Source of the DNA: a virus
Taxonomy: Duplodnaviria > Heunggongvirae > Uroviricota > Caudoviricetes
Virus record (IMG/VR): IMGVR_UViG_2721755676_000003
Coordinates: 1-51,015 of that record
Length of the DNA: 51,015 bases
Direction: 5' to 3' (one strand)
Under the pieces are notes generated by a model. The model did not search any database, had not been told where the DNA came from, and saw only the letters and a program-made list of their open reading frames with translations. Positions 36,548 through 45,912 of this stretch are shown one piece after another; within the stretch, counting starts at the first letter, position 1, and each line of letters begins with the position of its first letter. The translations under genes and the position numbers were made by a program.

Positions 36548-36562
36548 ATGCCCGGGGGAAAC

Positions 36563-36910
36563 ATGGCGATCGAAATATTTACCTGGCGAACCCAGATTCA
36601 GGCGGGAATGGAAGGGGAGCTTACTTACGCAACACGCTCTGCATCCTTCGGAGACGGATTTGAACAGATCGCCGGTGAAGGCATCAACCCTGAAAAACAG
36701 TCATGGCCGATGACCTTAACAGGGAAAAAAGCTGAGATGCTCGATGCGCTGAGGTTTTGCCGCAAGCACATTACAAAATCCTTTATTTGGACGTCTCCTG
36801 TCGGCGAAACCGGTTTATACCGGATTGAAGCTGATTCCATTAAAGTCCAGCCGCTATCCAGCAAAGTGATGACCATAAAAGCAACCTTCAAACAGGCATA
36901 CGCACCATGA
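36563..36910 (+). CDS. Minor tail protein M (lambda gpM-like)
   Basis: FTWRTQIQAGMEGELTYATRSASFGDGFEQIA resembles recalled lambda M (FRWKVKPGMDVASVPSVRKVRFGDGYSQRA). Confidence 0.8.
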   Translation: MAIEIFTWRTQIQAGMEGELTYATRSASFGDGFEQIAGEGINPEKQSWPMTLTGKKAEMLDALRFCRKHITKSFIWTSPVGETGLYRIEADSIKVQPLSSKVMTIKATFKQAYAP

Positions 36911-37662
36911 TTACTGAAGATTATCAACGCCTCGAACCTGGTGAAAAAATACGTCTTCTTGAGGTAGACGGTTCTGCATTTGGCTTGGACGACGTTCTGC
37001 GCTTTCACGCTTATAACCTCCCGCATACTGAAGAAGAGATTGCGGCTGCTGGTGGCGACGAATCAAAGTTAAAGGCGAAGAGTATCTGGTGGCAGGGCGA
37101 AGAGTATGGTGCCTGGCCATATAAGCTCGAGGGACTGGAAGCGTCAACCGATGGCAGTAGCGCCCAGCCGACACTCACCGTTGCCAACATTGACAGCTCT
37201 ATCACTGCGCTCTGTCTGGCCTATGACGATATGCTGCAGGCCAAAGTTACGATTCATGACACTTTTGCGCATTACCTGGATGCGCGTAATTTCCCTGATG
37301 GAAATCCAACAGCAGATCCCTTGCAGGTGAGAAAGCGGGTTTTCTACATCGACGGTAAAAATAGCGAGCTTCCCGGTGAAAGTATCGAGTTTGTTCTTAC
37401 CAGCCCGATGGATCTGCAGGGGTTGATGATCCCGACCAGACAGCTGCATTCCCTTTGCACATGGTGCATCCGGAACAAGTACCGCACCGGCGATGGGTGC
37501 GATTATGCCGGCACGCTTTACTTCGACAAAAACAACAATCCGGTAAGCGATCCCTCATTGGATGAATGTAATGGCACGCTCACCGCCTGCAAGCTTCGGT
37601 TTGGTGAACACAATGAACTTCCTTTCGGTGGTTTTCCGGGAACATCTTTGATCAGGAGCTAA
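36907..37662 (+). CDS. Minor tail protein L (lambda gpL-like)
   Basis: 251-aa ORF, ATGA-coupled after M; Cys cluster near C-terminus (CTWC...C...C) as in lambda L. Confidence 0.8.
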   Translation: MITEDYQRLEPGEKIRLLEVDGSAFGLDDVLRFHAYNLPHTEEEIAAAGGDESKLKAKSIWWQGEEYGAWPYKLEGLEASTDGSSAQPTLTVANIDSSITALCLAYDDMLQAKVTIHDTFAHYLDARNFPDGNPTADPLQVRKRVFYIDGKNSELPGESIEFVLTSPMDLQGLMIPTRQLHSLCTWCIRNKYRTGDGCDYAGTLYFDKNNNPVSDPSLDECNGTLTACKLRFGEHNELPFGGFPGTSLIRS

Positions 37663-37663
37663 T

Positions 37664-38401
37664 ATGCGTCAGAAAACGATTCAGGCGATCCTGGCGCATG
37701 CAGCGAAAGAATATCCCCGCGAATGCTGTGGTGTGATAGCGCAGAAAAGCCGGGTGGAACGCTATTTCCCATGCCGTAACCTGGCTGCTGAACCAACGGA
37801 ACAGTTTCACCTTTCGCCAGAGGACTACGCTGCTGCTGAAGACTGGGGGACGATAACGGGAATCGTACATAGCCACCCCGACGCGACGACCCAACCAAGC
37901 GAACTGGACAAGGCTCAATGCGATGCAACGTTGCTTCCCTGGTATATTGTCAGTTGGCCGGAAGGAGACTTTTGTACCATTACCCCCCGCGGCGAATTGC
38001 CGCTAATCGGGCGCCCGTTTGTGCTCGGACACTATGACTGTTGGGGGCTGGTGATGAGCTATTTCCGGCAGGAGCACGGGATCGAGCTTAAGGATTACCG
38101 GGTGGATTATCCTTGGTGGGAGAATGACTACCCGGACAACTTCTATCAGGATTGCTGGTACGAGTGTGGTTTCCGTGAATTCGACGGACCGCCGAAACCA
38201 GGCGATATGGTGATTATGCAGGTTCAGGCCGACAAGTGGAATCACGCCGGAATACTGCTGGAAGGCAATATGTTGCTGCACCACCTGTATGGTCACCTAA
38301 GCCAGCGAGTGCCTTATGGTGGATACTGGATGGATAGAACAATAAAGATTTTGCGGTTTAAAAAATTTGCTATCCGACCACATCCGTATGTAAAAAATTA
38401 A
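37664..38401 (+). CDS. Tail assembly protein K (JAB/MPN metalloprotease plus NlpC/P60-like domain)
   Basis: ECCGVI...GIVHSHPD (JAMM-like H-x-H-x-D context) and C-terminal Cys/His region; position after L. Confidence 0.8.
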   Translation: MRQKTIQAILAHAAKEYPRECCGVIAQKSRVERYFPCRNLAAEPTEQFHLSPEDYAAAEDWGTITGIVHSHPDATTQPSELDKAQCDATLLPWYIVSWPEGDFCTITPRGELPLIGRPFVLGHYDCWGLVMSYFRQEHGIELKDYRVDYPWWENDYPDNFYQDCWYECGFREFDGPPKPGDMVIMQVQADKWNHAGILLEGNMLLHHLYGHLSQRVPYGGYWMDRTIKILRFKKFAIRPHPYVKN

Positions 38402-38449
38402 TGTGGGGTTGTATCATATAGCACCTGATTTTTTTTGTAAGGTTATTCT

Positions 38450-39127
38450 GTGAGGCGAGTACCAAATACTAGTTCTAACTATATAAATAGTGATGAATAC
38501 AATGATTTATTTCATGATCATATGGACAAGGCTTTAGAGCGAGCTCTTGATACTAGAAAGTTTGAAATTGATCTATATTGGCGTCGCGCCACCTATTTTT
38601 GGACGTTCATAGGTGCTACATTCGGTGGGTTCTTTGTCGCATACGCTTCAACCTCACCTAAAAGGCAAGACTTATTAGTTATTCTTTGTTGTTTGGGGGT
38701 GGCTTTCTCGTTTGCATGGTTTTGTGTTAATAAAGGCAGTAAATACTGGCAAGAGAACTGGGAGAAGCACGTCGATCTTCTTGAAAATAAGTCGATTGGT
38801 CCATTGTATAAAATTGTCCTAACAAGAAATGAAGATATGACACTCCGGCAAAAAGCTTTTGATGTAATAACGGGTCCTGCAGCTTTATCAGTCTCGAAAA
38901 TTAATCAATTGATTAGCCTGTTTGTGTTAATGCTTTGGGTTGTGTTGCTTGTGAATTCCTTACTTCCGTTGGATTTCAACCTTCCATTTAAATGGTTTTA
39001 TATCATTCTTGTATTTACAACTATTCTTTTTTGCGGATTGGTAATGCTGCTAGGACGTACATATCATGGAGGGCATTATCATTTGGCAACGCTGAGGCAA
39101 TCTCGAATAAAACCTGAATCGGAATAG
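38450..39127 (+). CDS. Multi-pass membrane protein of unknown function (moron between K and I; candidate abortive-infection or exclusion effector)
   Basis: AT-rich ORF with several predicted TM helices (YFWTFIGATFGGFFVAYAS; LLVILCCLGVAFSFAWFCV; LISLFVLMLWVVLLV; FYIILVFTTILFCGLVMLL); start uncertain (GTG 38450 or ATG 38522); own terminator. Confidence 0.5.
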   Translation: MRRVPNTSSNYINSDEYNDLFHDHMDKALERALDTRKFEIDLYWRRATYFWTFIGATFGGFFVAYASTSPKRQDLLVILCCLGVAFSFAWFCVNKGSKYWQENWEKHVDLLENKSIGPLYKIVLTRNEDMTLRQKAFDVITGPAALSVSKINQLISLFVLMLWVVLLVNSLLPLDFNLPFKWFYIILVFTTILFCGLVMLLGRTYHGGHYHLATLRQSRIKPESE

Positions 39128-39136
39128 TTAACTACA

Positions 39137-39156
39137 CCCGCTTAGGCGGGTTTTTT
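39137..39156 (+). terminator. Rho-independent terminator after membrane-protein moron
   Basis: CCCGC-ttag-GCGGG followed by TTTTTT; near-identical to the hairpin at 36527. Confidence 0.65.
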
Positions 39157-39168
39157 GGTGGTGACATT

Positions 39169-39768
39169 ATGTTTCCCATAAATAATGAATTGACAAGGGT
39201 TGTGCGATTATATGGTGTTCTTGGTGCAACGTTTGGTAGAGAATATAAATTATCCGTAGCATCACCAAAAGAAGCTATCCGCGCATTATGTATGGTCGTC
39301 CCGGGTTTTGAGCGTTTTTTGAATACCAGCAAGCAGCGTGGGCTTACTTATGCCGTGTTCAGCGGTAAGCGTAACCTGAACAATGATGAACTCCGCATGG
39401 ATCAGAGCTCAGCTGATATTCGCATCGCACCAGTTATCGTTGGTAGTAAGCGAGGTGGTATTTTCCAGACCATCCTCGGCGTGGCACTTGTCGCTTCTGC
39501 AATCTGGATGCCAGGTGTTGGTATCGCCGCGAGTAACATCATGTTCCAGATCGGTGGTGCAATGGCTTTAGGCGGCATAGTGCAGATGCTCTCACCGCAG
39601 ACAACCGGACTTGCCAGCAAGCAATCATCGGACAACAAAGCCAGTTATGCTTTTGGTGGAGTAACAAATACGACAGCTCAGGGCAATCCGGTACCACTCT
39701 TGTACGGTCGGCGCCGTATAGGTGGCGCGATTATCTCCGCAGGTATCTACGTAGAAGACCAGCAGTAA
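39169..39768 (+). CDS. Tail assembly protein I (lambda gpI-like)
   Basis: 199-aa ORF with Gly-rich hydrophobic C-terminal half, immediately upstream of J. Confidence 0.8.
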   Translation: MFPINNELTRVVRLYGVLGATFGREYKLSVASPKEAIRALCMVVPGFERFLNTSKQRGLTYAVFSGKRNLNNDELRMDQSSADIRIAPVIVGSKRGGIFQTILGVALVASAIWMPGVGIAASNIMFQIGGAMALGGIVQMLSPQTTGLASKQSSDNKASYAFGGVTNTTAQGNPVPLLYGRRRIGGAIISAGIYVEDQQ

Positions 39769-39783
39769 ATACTTTCTCCATTA

Positions 39784-39807
39784 AGCCACCTCAGGGTGGC
39801 TTTTTTT
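39784..39807 (+). terminator. Hairpin plus T-run between I and J (terminator/attenuator-like)
   Basis: AGCCACC-tcag-GGTGGCT followed by TTTTTTT. Confidence 0.45.
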
Positions 39808-39818
39808 ATGAGAGCAAT

Positions 39819-42800
39819 ATGGCTACACCTACCCCGATTAGAGGCCGCAAGGGCGGCAGCTCCAGTTCCCGAACCCCTACCGAACAGCCAGATGATCTGC
39901 AGTCAGTAGCCAAGGCAAAAATCCTTCTCGCCCTGGGAGAGGGGGAGTTTGCTGGTGGCCTTACTACGCGCGATATTTATCTCGATGGCACCGCACTTGA
40001 GAACGCAGATGGTTCACAGAACTTCAGCGGTGTGGCATGGGAGTTTCGTTCTGGAACTCAGGCGCAAAAATACATTCAAGGGATCCCGGGTACCGAAAAT
40101 GAAATCAATGTAGGTTCCGAAGTTTCCAGCACCACCGCATGGACGCGCACGTTCACCAATACGCAGCTATCAGCTGTTCGCCTGCGTCTAAAATGGCCTT
40201 CTCTCTTTAAACAGGAGAACAATGGCGATCTGGTTGGTTACTCGGTTAATTATGCGATTGACCTGCAGACAGATGGCGGCACCTGGCAGACAGTGCTGAA
40301 TACCAGCGTGACCGGGAAAACTACCTCAGGTTATGAACGCAGCCACCGTATTGATTTACCTCAGGCTGGCAGCACCTGGACAATCCGACTGCGTAAGATT
40401 ACCACTGACGCAAATAGCGCGAAGATTGGCGACACGATGACGCTGCAAAGCTTCACAGAAGTAATCGACGCCAAACTGCGCTATCCGAACACCGCGCTAC
40501 TGTACATCGAATTTGATTCGAGCCAGTTCAATGGCTCAATACCGCAAATTTCCTGCGAGCCTCGCGGGCGTGTTATTCGTGTGCCCGATAACTATGACCC
40601 GGAAACACGAACGTACAGCGGCACCTGGACGGGCGCATTTAAGTGGGCATGGACGGATAACCCTGCGTGGATATTTTACGATCTGGTGGTCACTGACCGC
40701 TTCGGCCTCGGTAATCGGCTAACGGCAGCCAATATCGACAAATGGACGCTTTATCAGGTCGCTCAGTACTGTGATCAATCGGTACCGGACGGTAAGGGGG
40801 GGAGCGGAACTGAACCGCGTTACACCTGCAACGTTTACATTCAGGATCGGAATGACGCTTACACCGTCCTGCGTGATTTTGCTGCAATCTTCCGTGGGAT
40901 GACCTACTGGGGCGACGACCAGATTGTTGCCCTTGCAGACATGCCCAGAGATGTCGATTTTACCTACACGCATGCAAACGTTGTTGACGGCAAATTTGTG
41001 TATTCCAGCAGCACAACCAAAAGTCGCTACACGAACGCTCTTGTATCCTGGTCTGATCCGGCAAATGGGTATGCTGATGCAATGGAGCCTATCTTCGAAC
41101 AGGAGCTGGTGGCGCGCTATGGTTTCAACCAGCTTGAGATCACCGCCATCGGTTGCACCAGACAGTCTGAGGCTAACAGGAAAGGGCGCTGGGGGATCCT
41201 GACTAACAATAAAGACAGGGTTGTAACGTTTGACGTTGGCTTGGACGGCAATATTCCTCAGCCGGGCTACATAATTGCTGTTTCTGACCGAAATCTTTCA
41301 GGGAGAGATTTAGGCGGTCGATTATCCGCGGTTAATGGTCGCGTCCTTAAGCTTGACCGGGTGCCAAGTGCTAAGGCCGGTGACAGGATAATGGTAAACC
41401 TGCCGTCGGGTATTACCCAATCCCGGACGATTCAGTCCCAGTCCGGTGAAATGGTCACCGTAACAACTTCCTTTAGTGAACTTCCGCAGGCTGAGGCTGT
41501 ATGGGTAATTGAATCTTATGAACTCTATGCGCAGCAGTACAGGGTAATTAGTGTCACCGATAACAATGACGGGACATATACCATCACGGGGGCAAATCAC
41601 GATCCGGATAAATATGCCCGAATCGATACGGGTGCCATCATTGATCAGCGGCCGGTAAGTGTCATCCCTCCAGGTAATCAGTCGCCGCCAGCCAACATCG
41701 CGATCAGCTCGTTTTCTGTAGTGCAGCAAAATATCAGCGTCGAAACGATGCGCGTGAGCTGGGACCAGGCGCAGAACGCTATCGCCTATGAAGCGCAATG
41801 GCGCCGCAACGACGGGAACTGGGTTAACGTACCGCGCAGCTCCACCACGTCATTCGACGTCTCGGGGATTTATGCCGGGCGCTACTTGGTGCGCGTGCGC
41901 GCAATCAATGCCGCAGAAATTTCATCCGGATGGGGCTATTCAGAAGAGAAAACGCTGACGGGTAAAGTGGGCAATCCACCGAAGCCGGCCGGCTTCATTG
42001 CGTCTGAAAACGTGGTATTCGGCATCGAGCTGAATTGGGGATACCCGGCGAATACCGATGATACGCTGAAGACGGAAATCCAGTACAGCCTGACAGGTAC
42101 CGAAGACGATGCGATGCTGCTGGCCGATGTGCCTTACCCGCAGCGCAAATATCAGCAGATGGGTCTTAAGGCTGGGCAGATTTTCTGGTACCGCGCGCAG
42201 CTGGTGGACCGCAGCGGCAACGAATCAGGTTACACAGAATGGGTGCGCGGTCAGGCCAGTATCGATGTGTCCGACATCACCGATGTGATCCTGGAAGAGA
42301 TTAAAGACTCGGATACCTTCAAGGACCTGATCGAGAACGCGGTGGACAGCAACGAAAAAATTGCTGGCATGGCTGACGAAATCAAAAACCATGCCGACGA
42401 ACTCGAGCAGCAGGCGAAAGACATCCAGGAGAACGCTGACGGGTTGGCGCAGGCCGAAGTGAAGATCGACGAGATTTCTGTGTCTATGGACGGCATGACG
42501 GGAGGCGTGAAAAACTCGGCAATCGCGATTATCCAGAATGGGCTGGCGCAGGTTGTCAGTCGTCGTTCCCAGACAGCAACAAACGCCGGGAATAGCGCCA
42601 GTATAGACCGTGTTGATACGACGATTGCCGATGCCAGCCAGGCGGTAGCACGCGCGCTGGTCACTCTGGATGCAGAAGCTGGTAGCAATATTTCTAACTC
42701 AACAGACCTGACAGAAACACTTGCTGATTTCACACAGGCATCGGCGACAAAAATTAACTCCCTGACGGTTAAATCTGGCGAAAACAGTGCCGCGATAAAC

Positions 42801-43259
42801 GTCAACGCACAGGCTATCGCAGATGTAAACGGTAACCTAAGTGCGATGTACAACATCAAGGTTGGTGTCTCCAGCAATGGGCAGTATTACGCCGCGGGGA
42901 TGGGGATCGGCGTTGAGAACACGCCATCCGGCATGCAGTCGCAGGTTATCTTCCTGGCTGATCGCTTCGCCGTCACCACGGCAGCCGGAAATAGCGTGGC
43001 TTTGCCGTTCGTGATCCAGAGCGGGCAGACATTCATCCGAGCCAGCTTCATCCAGGACGGCACCATTGAGAACGCCAAAATCGGCAACTATATCCAGTCG
43101 AATAACTATGTGGCTGGTTCTGCTGGCTGGAAGCTTGATAAAGGGGGAACGTTCGAAATCAACGGCGTGGCCGGGGGCGGGAGGATGCTGATATCGAGCA
43201 CTCTCATTCGTATCTATGACAGCAACAACGTGCTGCGCGTCAGAATGGGGTTATGGTAA
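39819..43259 (+). CDS. Host-specificity / central tail fibre protein J
   Basis: 1146-aa ORF after I; lambda J-like N-terminal region; FN3-like middle; divergent C-terminus. Confidence 0.85.
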   Translation: MATPTPIRGRKGGSSSSRTPTEQPDDLQSVAKAKILLALGEGEFAGGLTTRDIYLDGTALENADGSQNFSGVAWEFRSGTQAQKYIQGIPGTENEINVGSEVSSTTAWTRTFTNTQLSAVRLRLKWPSLFKQENNGDLVGYSVNYAIDLQTDGGTWQTVLNTSVTGKTTSGYERSHRIDLPQAGSTWTIRLRKITTDANSAKIGDTMTLQSFTEVIDAKLRYPNTALLYIEFDSSQFNGSIPQISCEPRGRVIRVPDNYDPETRTYSGTWTGAFKWAWTDNPAWIFYDLVVTDRFGLGNRLTAANIDKWTLYQVAQYCDQSVPDGKGGSGTEPRYTCNVYIQDRNDAYTVLRDFAAIFRGMTYWGDDQIVALADMPRDVDFTYTHANVVDGKFVYSSSTTKSRYTNALVSWSDPANGYADAMEPIFEQELVARYGFNQLEITAIGCTRQSEANRKGRWGILTNNKDRVVTFDVGLDGNIPQPGYIIAVSDRNLSGRDLGGRLSAVNGRVLKLDRVPSAKAGDRIMVNLPSGITQSRTIQSQSGEMVTVTTSFSELPQAEAVWVIESYELYAQQYRVISVTDNNDGTYTITGANHDPDKYARIDTGAIIDQRPVSVIPPGNQSPPANIAISSFSVVQQNISVETMRVSWDQAQNAIAYEAQWRRNDGNWVNVPRSSTTSFDVSGIYAGRYLVRVRAINAAEISSGWGYSEEKTLTGKVGNPPKPAGFIASENVVFGIELNWGYPANTDDTLKTEIQYSLTGTEDDAMLLADVPYPQRKYQQMGLKAGQIFWYRAQLVDRSGNESGYTEWVRGQASIDVSDITDVILEEIKDSDTFKDLIENAVDSNEKIAGMADEIKNHADELEQQAKDIQENADGLAQAEVKIDEISVSMDGMTGGVKNSAIAIIQNGLAQVVSRRSQTATNAGNSASIDRVDTTIADASQAVARALVTLDAEAGSNISNSTDLTETLADFTQASATKINSLTVKSGENSAAINVNAQAIADVNGNLSAMYNIKVGVSSNGQYYAAGMGIGVENTPSGMQSQVIFLADRFAVTTAAGNSVALPFVIQSGQTFIRASFIQDGTIENAKIGNYIQSNNYVAGSAGWKLDKGGTFEINGVAGGGRMLISSTLIRIYDSNNVLRVRMGLW

Positions 43260-43555
43260 TGCCACAGGGTTTGCAGTGCTGGGACAGTGCAGGTCGGGTT
43301 GCAGTGGATTTAAGCGATTACGCGATCCGTTACATGGGCAGCGCAACGGTTTCGCTTGCTTCAGGAGAGACGTCAAAAAATGTCGCCTTTTCTGGCGCAA
43401 CGCAGGACGGGACGTTTGTCACCATCGTTTCCACTGGCGTGACTGTAAACGAGTATTTTTGCCGCGCTTATAATGGCGGCTTTACTCTCTACTATCTCCC
43501 CACGGGTGGAAGTGCCGCAATCACTCTCAATGTTGAGGTTTATAACTTTCAATGA
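43253..43555 (+). CDS. Hypothetical tail-associated protein
   Basis: 100-aa ORF overlapping the J stop. Confidence 0.4.
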   Translation: MVMPQGLQCWDSAGRVAVDLSDYAIRYMGSATVSLASGETSKNVAFSGATQDGTFVTIVSTGVTVNEYFCRAYNGGFTLYYLPTGGSAAITLNVEVYNFQ

Positions 43556-44193
43556 GCGGATTCGAAGTTTACAACAGCGACGGAAAACTGCTGGTGGATT
43601 CACAAAACAGATCGACCCTTTTTTATGATCAGCGCACGCTGAGTGGCGTCACCGATAAAGGCGCCTACCGCGTTAACAGCCCGTTTGGTGATGGTAGTAC
43701 GCTCGGCTTTACGCAGCAGTCATTCTGGAATGACGGCCGTTTAAGGTGGCTGCAGCTGGGCACGAACAAATACGGTTTTCCTGGTGCTGATATGCTTGAA
43801 GATAATGCTGGTAGCATGATCCGAACTGCGCGAAATATTGGCTTGCAGAGTGGTTATCTCGATGTGTTTGACAGTGCCGGCAGCCTTATCTGGAGCGCTG
43901 CATCAGCCTCAAAGATGCCGAGAGTTGTTGGGTTCTTTGACGTACCAGCTAACTATGACCTGCAGAACAATACCTTTTCAGTCAGTTTAAGCTTCAACCC
44001 TTGGATTCTGGTAAACAACTGCCCGGGAAACCTCAGCGATGATGGTACGGTTGTCGGGTATTCTGGTGTGGTGCTCAAATGGACTGGCTCTCAACTGCAG
44101 GGCAGATACATTTCAAATAACCAGCGCAGCTGGAGCCAGACGTTTCAGGGGCGGGGCCTAAGAATCCCCATCGCTCAGTTTGTTGGCATTTGA
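43552..44193 (+). CDS. Hypothetical tail-associated protein
   Basis: 213-aa ORF, ATGA-coupled. Confidence 0.45.
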   Translation: MSGFEVYNSDGKLLVDSQNRSTLFYDQRTLSGVTDKGAYRVNSPFGDGSTLGFTQQSFWNDGRLRWLQLGTNKYGFPGADMLEDNAGSMIRTARNIGLQSGYLDVFDSAGSLIWSAASASKMPRVVGFFDVPANYDLQNNTFSVSLSFNPWILVNNCPGNLSDDGTVVGYSGVVLKWTGSQLQGRYISNNQRSWSQTFQGRGLRIPIAQFVGI

Positions 44194-44520
44194 GACGGGA
44201 GGAACGTGCGGATAATGAGTCGCGATCATATCTTGTTTTACGCCCTTTGCTGAATTGAAGCGATAAACCACATCCAGCTTATCCGTTTTTTTATAACAAA
44301 TATTACTTAACCGTTTTTTAATATGTCGGCTGAATATTCCGTTGCTGCTGTCTAAAATAACTTCCACCTCTCTGGTGGCACAGTCGATATTAACGTGAAT
44401 ATCGCCACCCAGCGATAAACGAGCGGCATCAACGGGATAGTCCATCTGGAATGCGTTATCTGTGTGTTTGTTCGTACATCCAGCCAACAGCAAAAGCGCT
44501 GCAGCAAATAAAAGTTTCAT
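44158..44520 (-). CDS. Lipoprotein (candidate receptor-blocking / superinfection-exclusion moron)
   Basis: Signal peptide plus lipobox MKLLFAAALLLLAGC; opposite strand; AT-rich; 3' end overlaps the upstream convergent ORF by 36 nt. Confidence 0.5.
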   Translation of the reverse strand: MKLLFAAALLLLAGCTNKHTDNAFQMDYPVDAARLSLGGDIHVNIDCATREVEVILDSSNGIFSRHIKKRLSNICYKKTDKLDVVYRFNSAKGVKQDMIATHYPHVPPVSNANKLSDGDS

Positions 44521-44646
44521 TTCAACATTCCTGTTTATGCGGGAACTTCCATTTTATTTGAGTTTAAAAAATAGTCAGATTGGTATGAGCGATCAATTTT
44601 AAATGATTGATCGCTTTTAACGATCTTTATTATCGTGAGGTAGTTT

Positions 44647-45912
44647 ATGCTTTATAACACCGGCACCATCGCAATTAACGGAAATACCGCAACCGGTACT
44701 GGCACAAACTGGACGGCACCAGTCAGCCAGGTTCGCGCTGGCCAGACGATTATCGTGATGTCTAACCCGGTGCAGCTGTTCCAGATTTCATCTGTGGACA
44801 GCGCCACGTCAATGACGGTTACGCCTGCCGCTTCCCCGGCGCTGAGCGGCCAGAAGTACGGCATTCTGATATCAGACAATATCTCTGTAGACAGCCTGGC
44901 GCAGGCGATGTCGCAGCTCATCAAAGAGTATGATGAGAATATCGGCGCCTGGGAGACGTTCGCTACCACATCCGCAAATCAGACTATCACCGTTACTATC
45001 AACGGATCTTCCGTAAATATTCCGGGCATAGGTGCACTTGCCAGAAAGGGGGCGAATAGCGATATCACGGAGCTGAAAGGGCTCACTACTGCGCTTTCTA
45101 TTGCACAGGGTGGCACCGGGGCAACGAAGGCAGAAGACGCTCGCACAAACCTCGGTTTAGGAAGTAGCGCGACGAAGGACGTCGGAACTGCCTCCGGGAA
45201 TGTCATGCAAGTTGGGGCGGGCGGTTTTTTGGTTAGTACGCCTACATTGATAGCAGAAAACAACAGCCGCTATCCTTCAAGCTTTATGCGATCTGGTGGA
45301 GGGAGTGGGAAAATTGGATTCGGCTCTGGTATTTATTGCTCCTACGATGACTCCATTTGCTTTCATCTCCATATTCAGGGTAATGGTGAACTCCATTATA
45401 GATATTTGAATGCTGGCCTTATTACCTATGACTACGTTGCTTACTCTACAGGAAACACCACAAAGGCGAGCGATGGCACCCTAAAAGCTGCGTCCCCGGT
45501 TGCCCGTATCGTAGCGAGCCAGGAAGCCTGCCAGCGCGTTGATATAGCGGAGGATGGATTCGCATGGTGCGGCTGTGGAACGGCGAACTCTGAGGCGGAG
45601 GGAATAACTCTTTCTCGCCTCGACGTAGGTGTTTACGTGATCGCGGGTTCGGCAGGTCTGGCGTCAGAGGGATGGCAACTGCTGCCGCCAATGGACCCTG
45701 GCGGAATGGGAGAGCTGGGTGTAGTTGAGGCAGAGCAAACCGAGAACGGCGAGCTGACAATCCGCCTGTTTAAGCGCAGATACATGCTGAGCGATGACGG
45801 AGAGATGATCAAAACCAAAGGAGAGCTGATGGATGTTCCGGCGAACAGCTGGATCGATGTTCGCCTGGATATGCCCGCAGATTCACTGTTTAACCAGCGA
45901 ATGAGTCAGTAG
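44647..45912 (+). CDS. Side tail fibre protein (constant N-terminal part plus currently fused variable C-terminal segment)
   Basis: 421-aa ORF, RBS GAGGT; Gly/Thr/Ser-rich fibre repeats; internal gix-like recombination site at about 45140-45165. Confidence 0.7.
   Translation: MLYNTGTIAINGNTATGTGTNWTAPVSQVRAGQTIIVMSNPVQLFQISSVDSATSMTVTPAASPALSGQKYGILISDNISVDSLAQAMSQLIKEYDENIGAWETFATTSANQTITVTINGSSVNIPGIGALARKGANSDITELKGLTTALSIAQGGTGATKAEDARTNLGLGSSATKDVGTASGNVMQVGAGGFLVSTPTLIAENNSRYPSSFMRSGGGSGKIGFGSGIYCSYDDSICFHLHIQGNGELHYRYLNAGLITYDYVAYSTGNTTKASDGTLKAASPVARIVASQEACQRVDIAEDGFAWCGCGTANSEAEGITLSRLDVGVYVIAGSAGLASEGWQLLPPMDPGGMGELGVVEAEQTENGELTIRLFKRRYMLSDDGEMIKTKGELMDVPANSWIDVRLDMPADSLFNQRMSQ
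45140..45193. repeat. Left inverted repeat with gix/hix-like crossover site (..CACAAACC TC GGTTTAGGAAGT..)
   Basis: Matches recalled gix consensus AAACC-TC-GGTTTACAGGAA; inverted partner at about 46539-46580; inner arms about 18/20 identical (gcgacgaaggacgtcggaac versus gcaacgaaggacgttggaac). Confidence 0.5.

Noticed and set aside
42251-42877. 208-aa minus-strand ORF with hydrophobic segments
   Set aside because: Antisense to the J gene; no independent signals.
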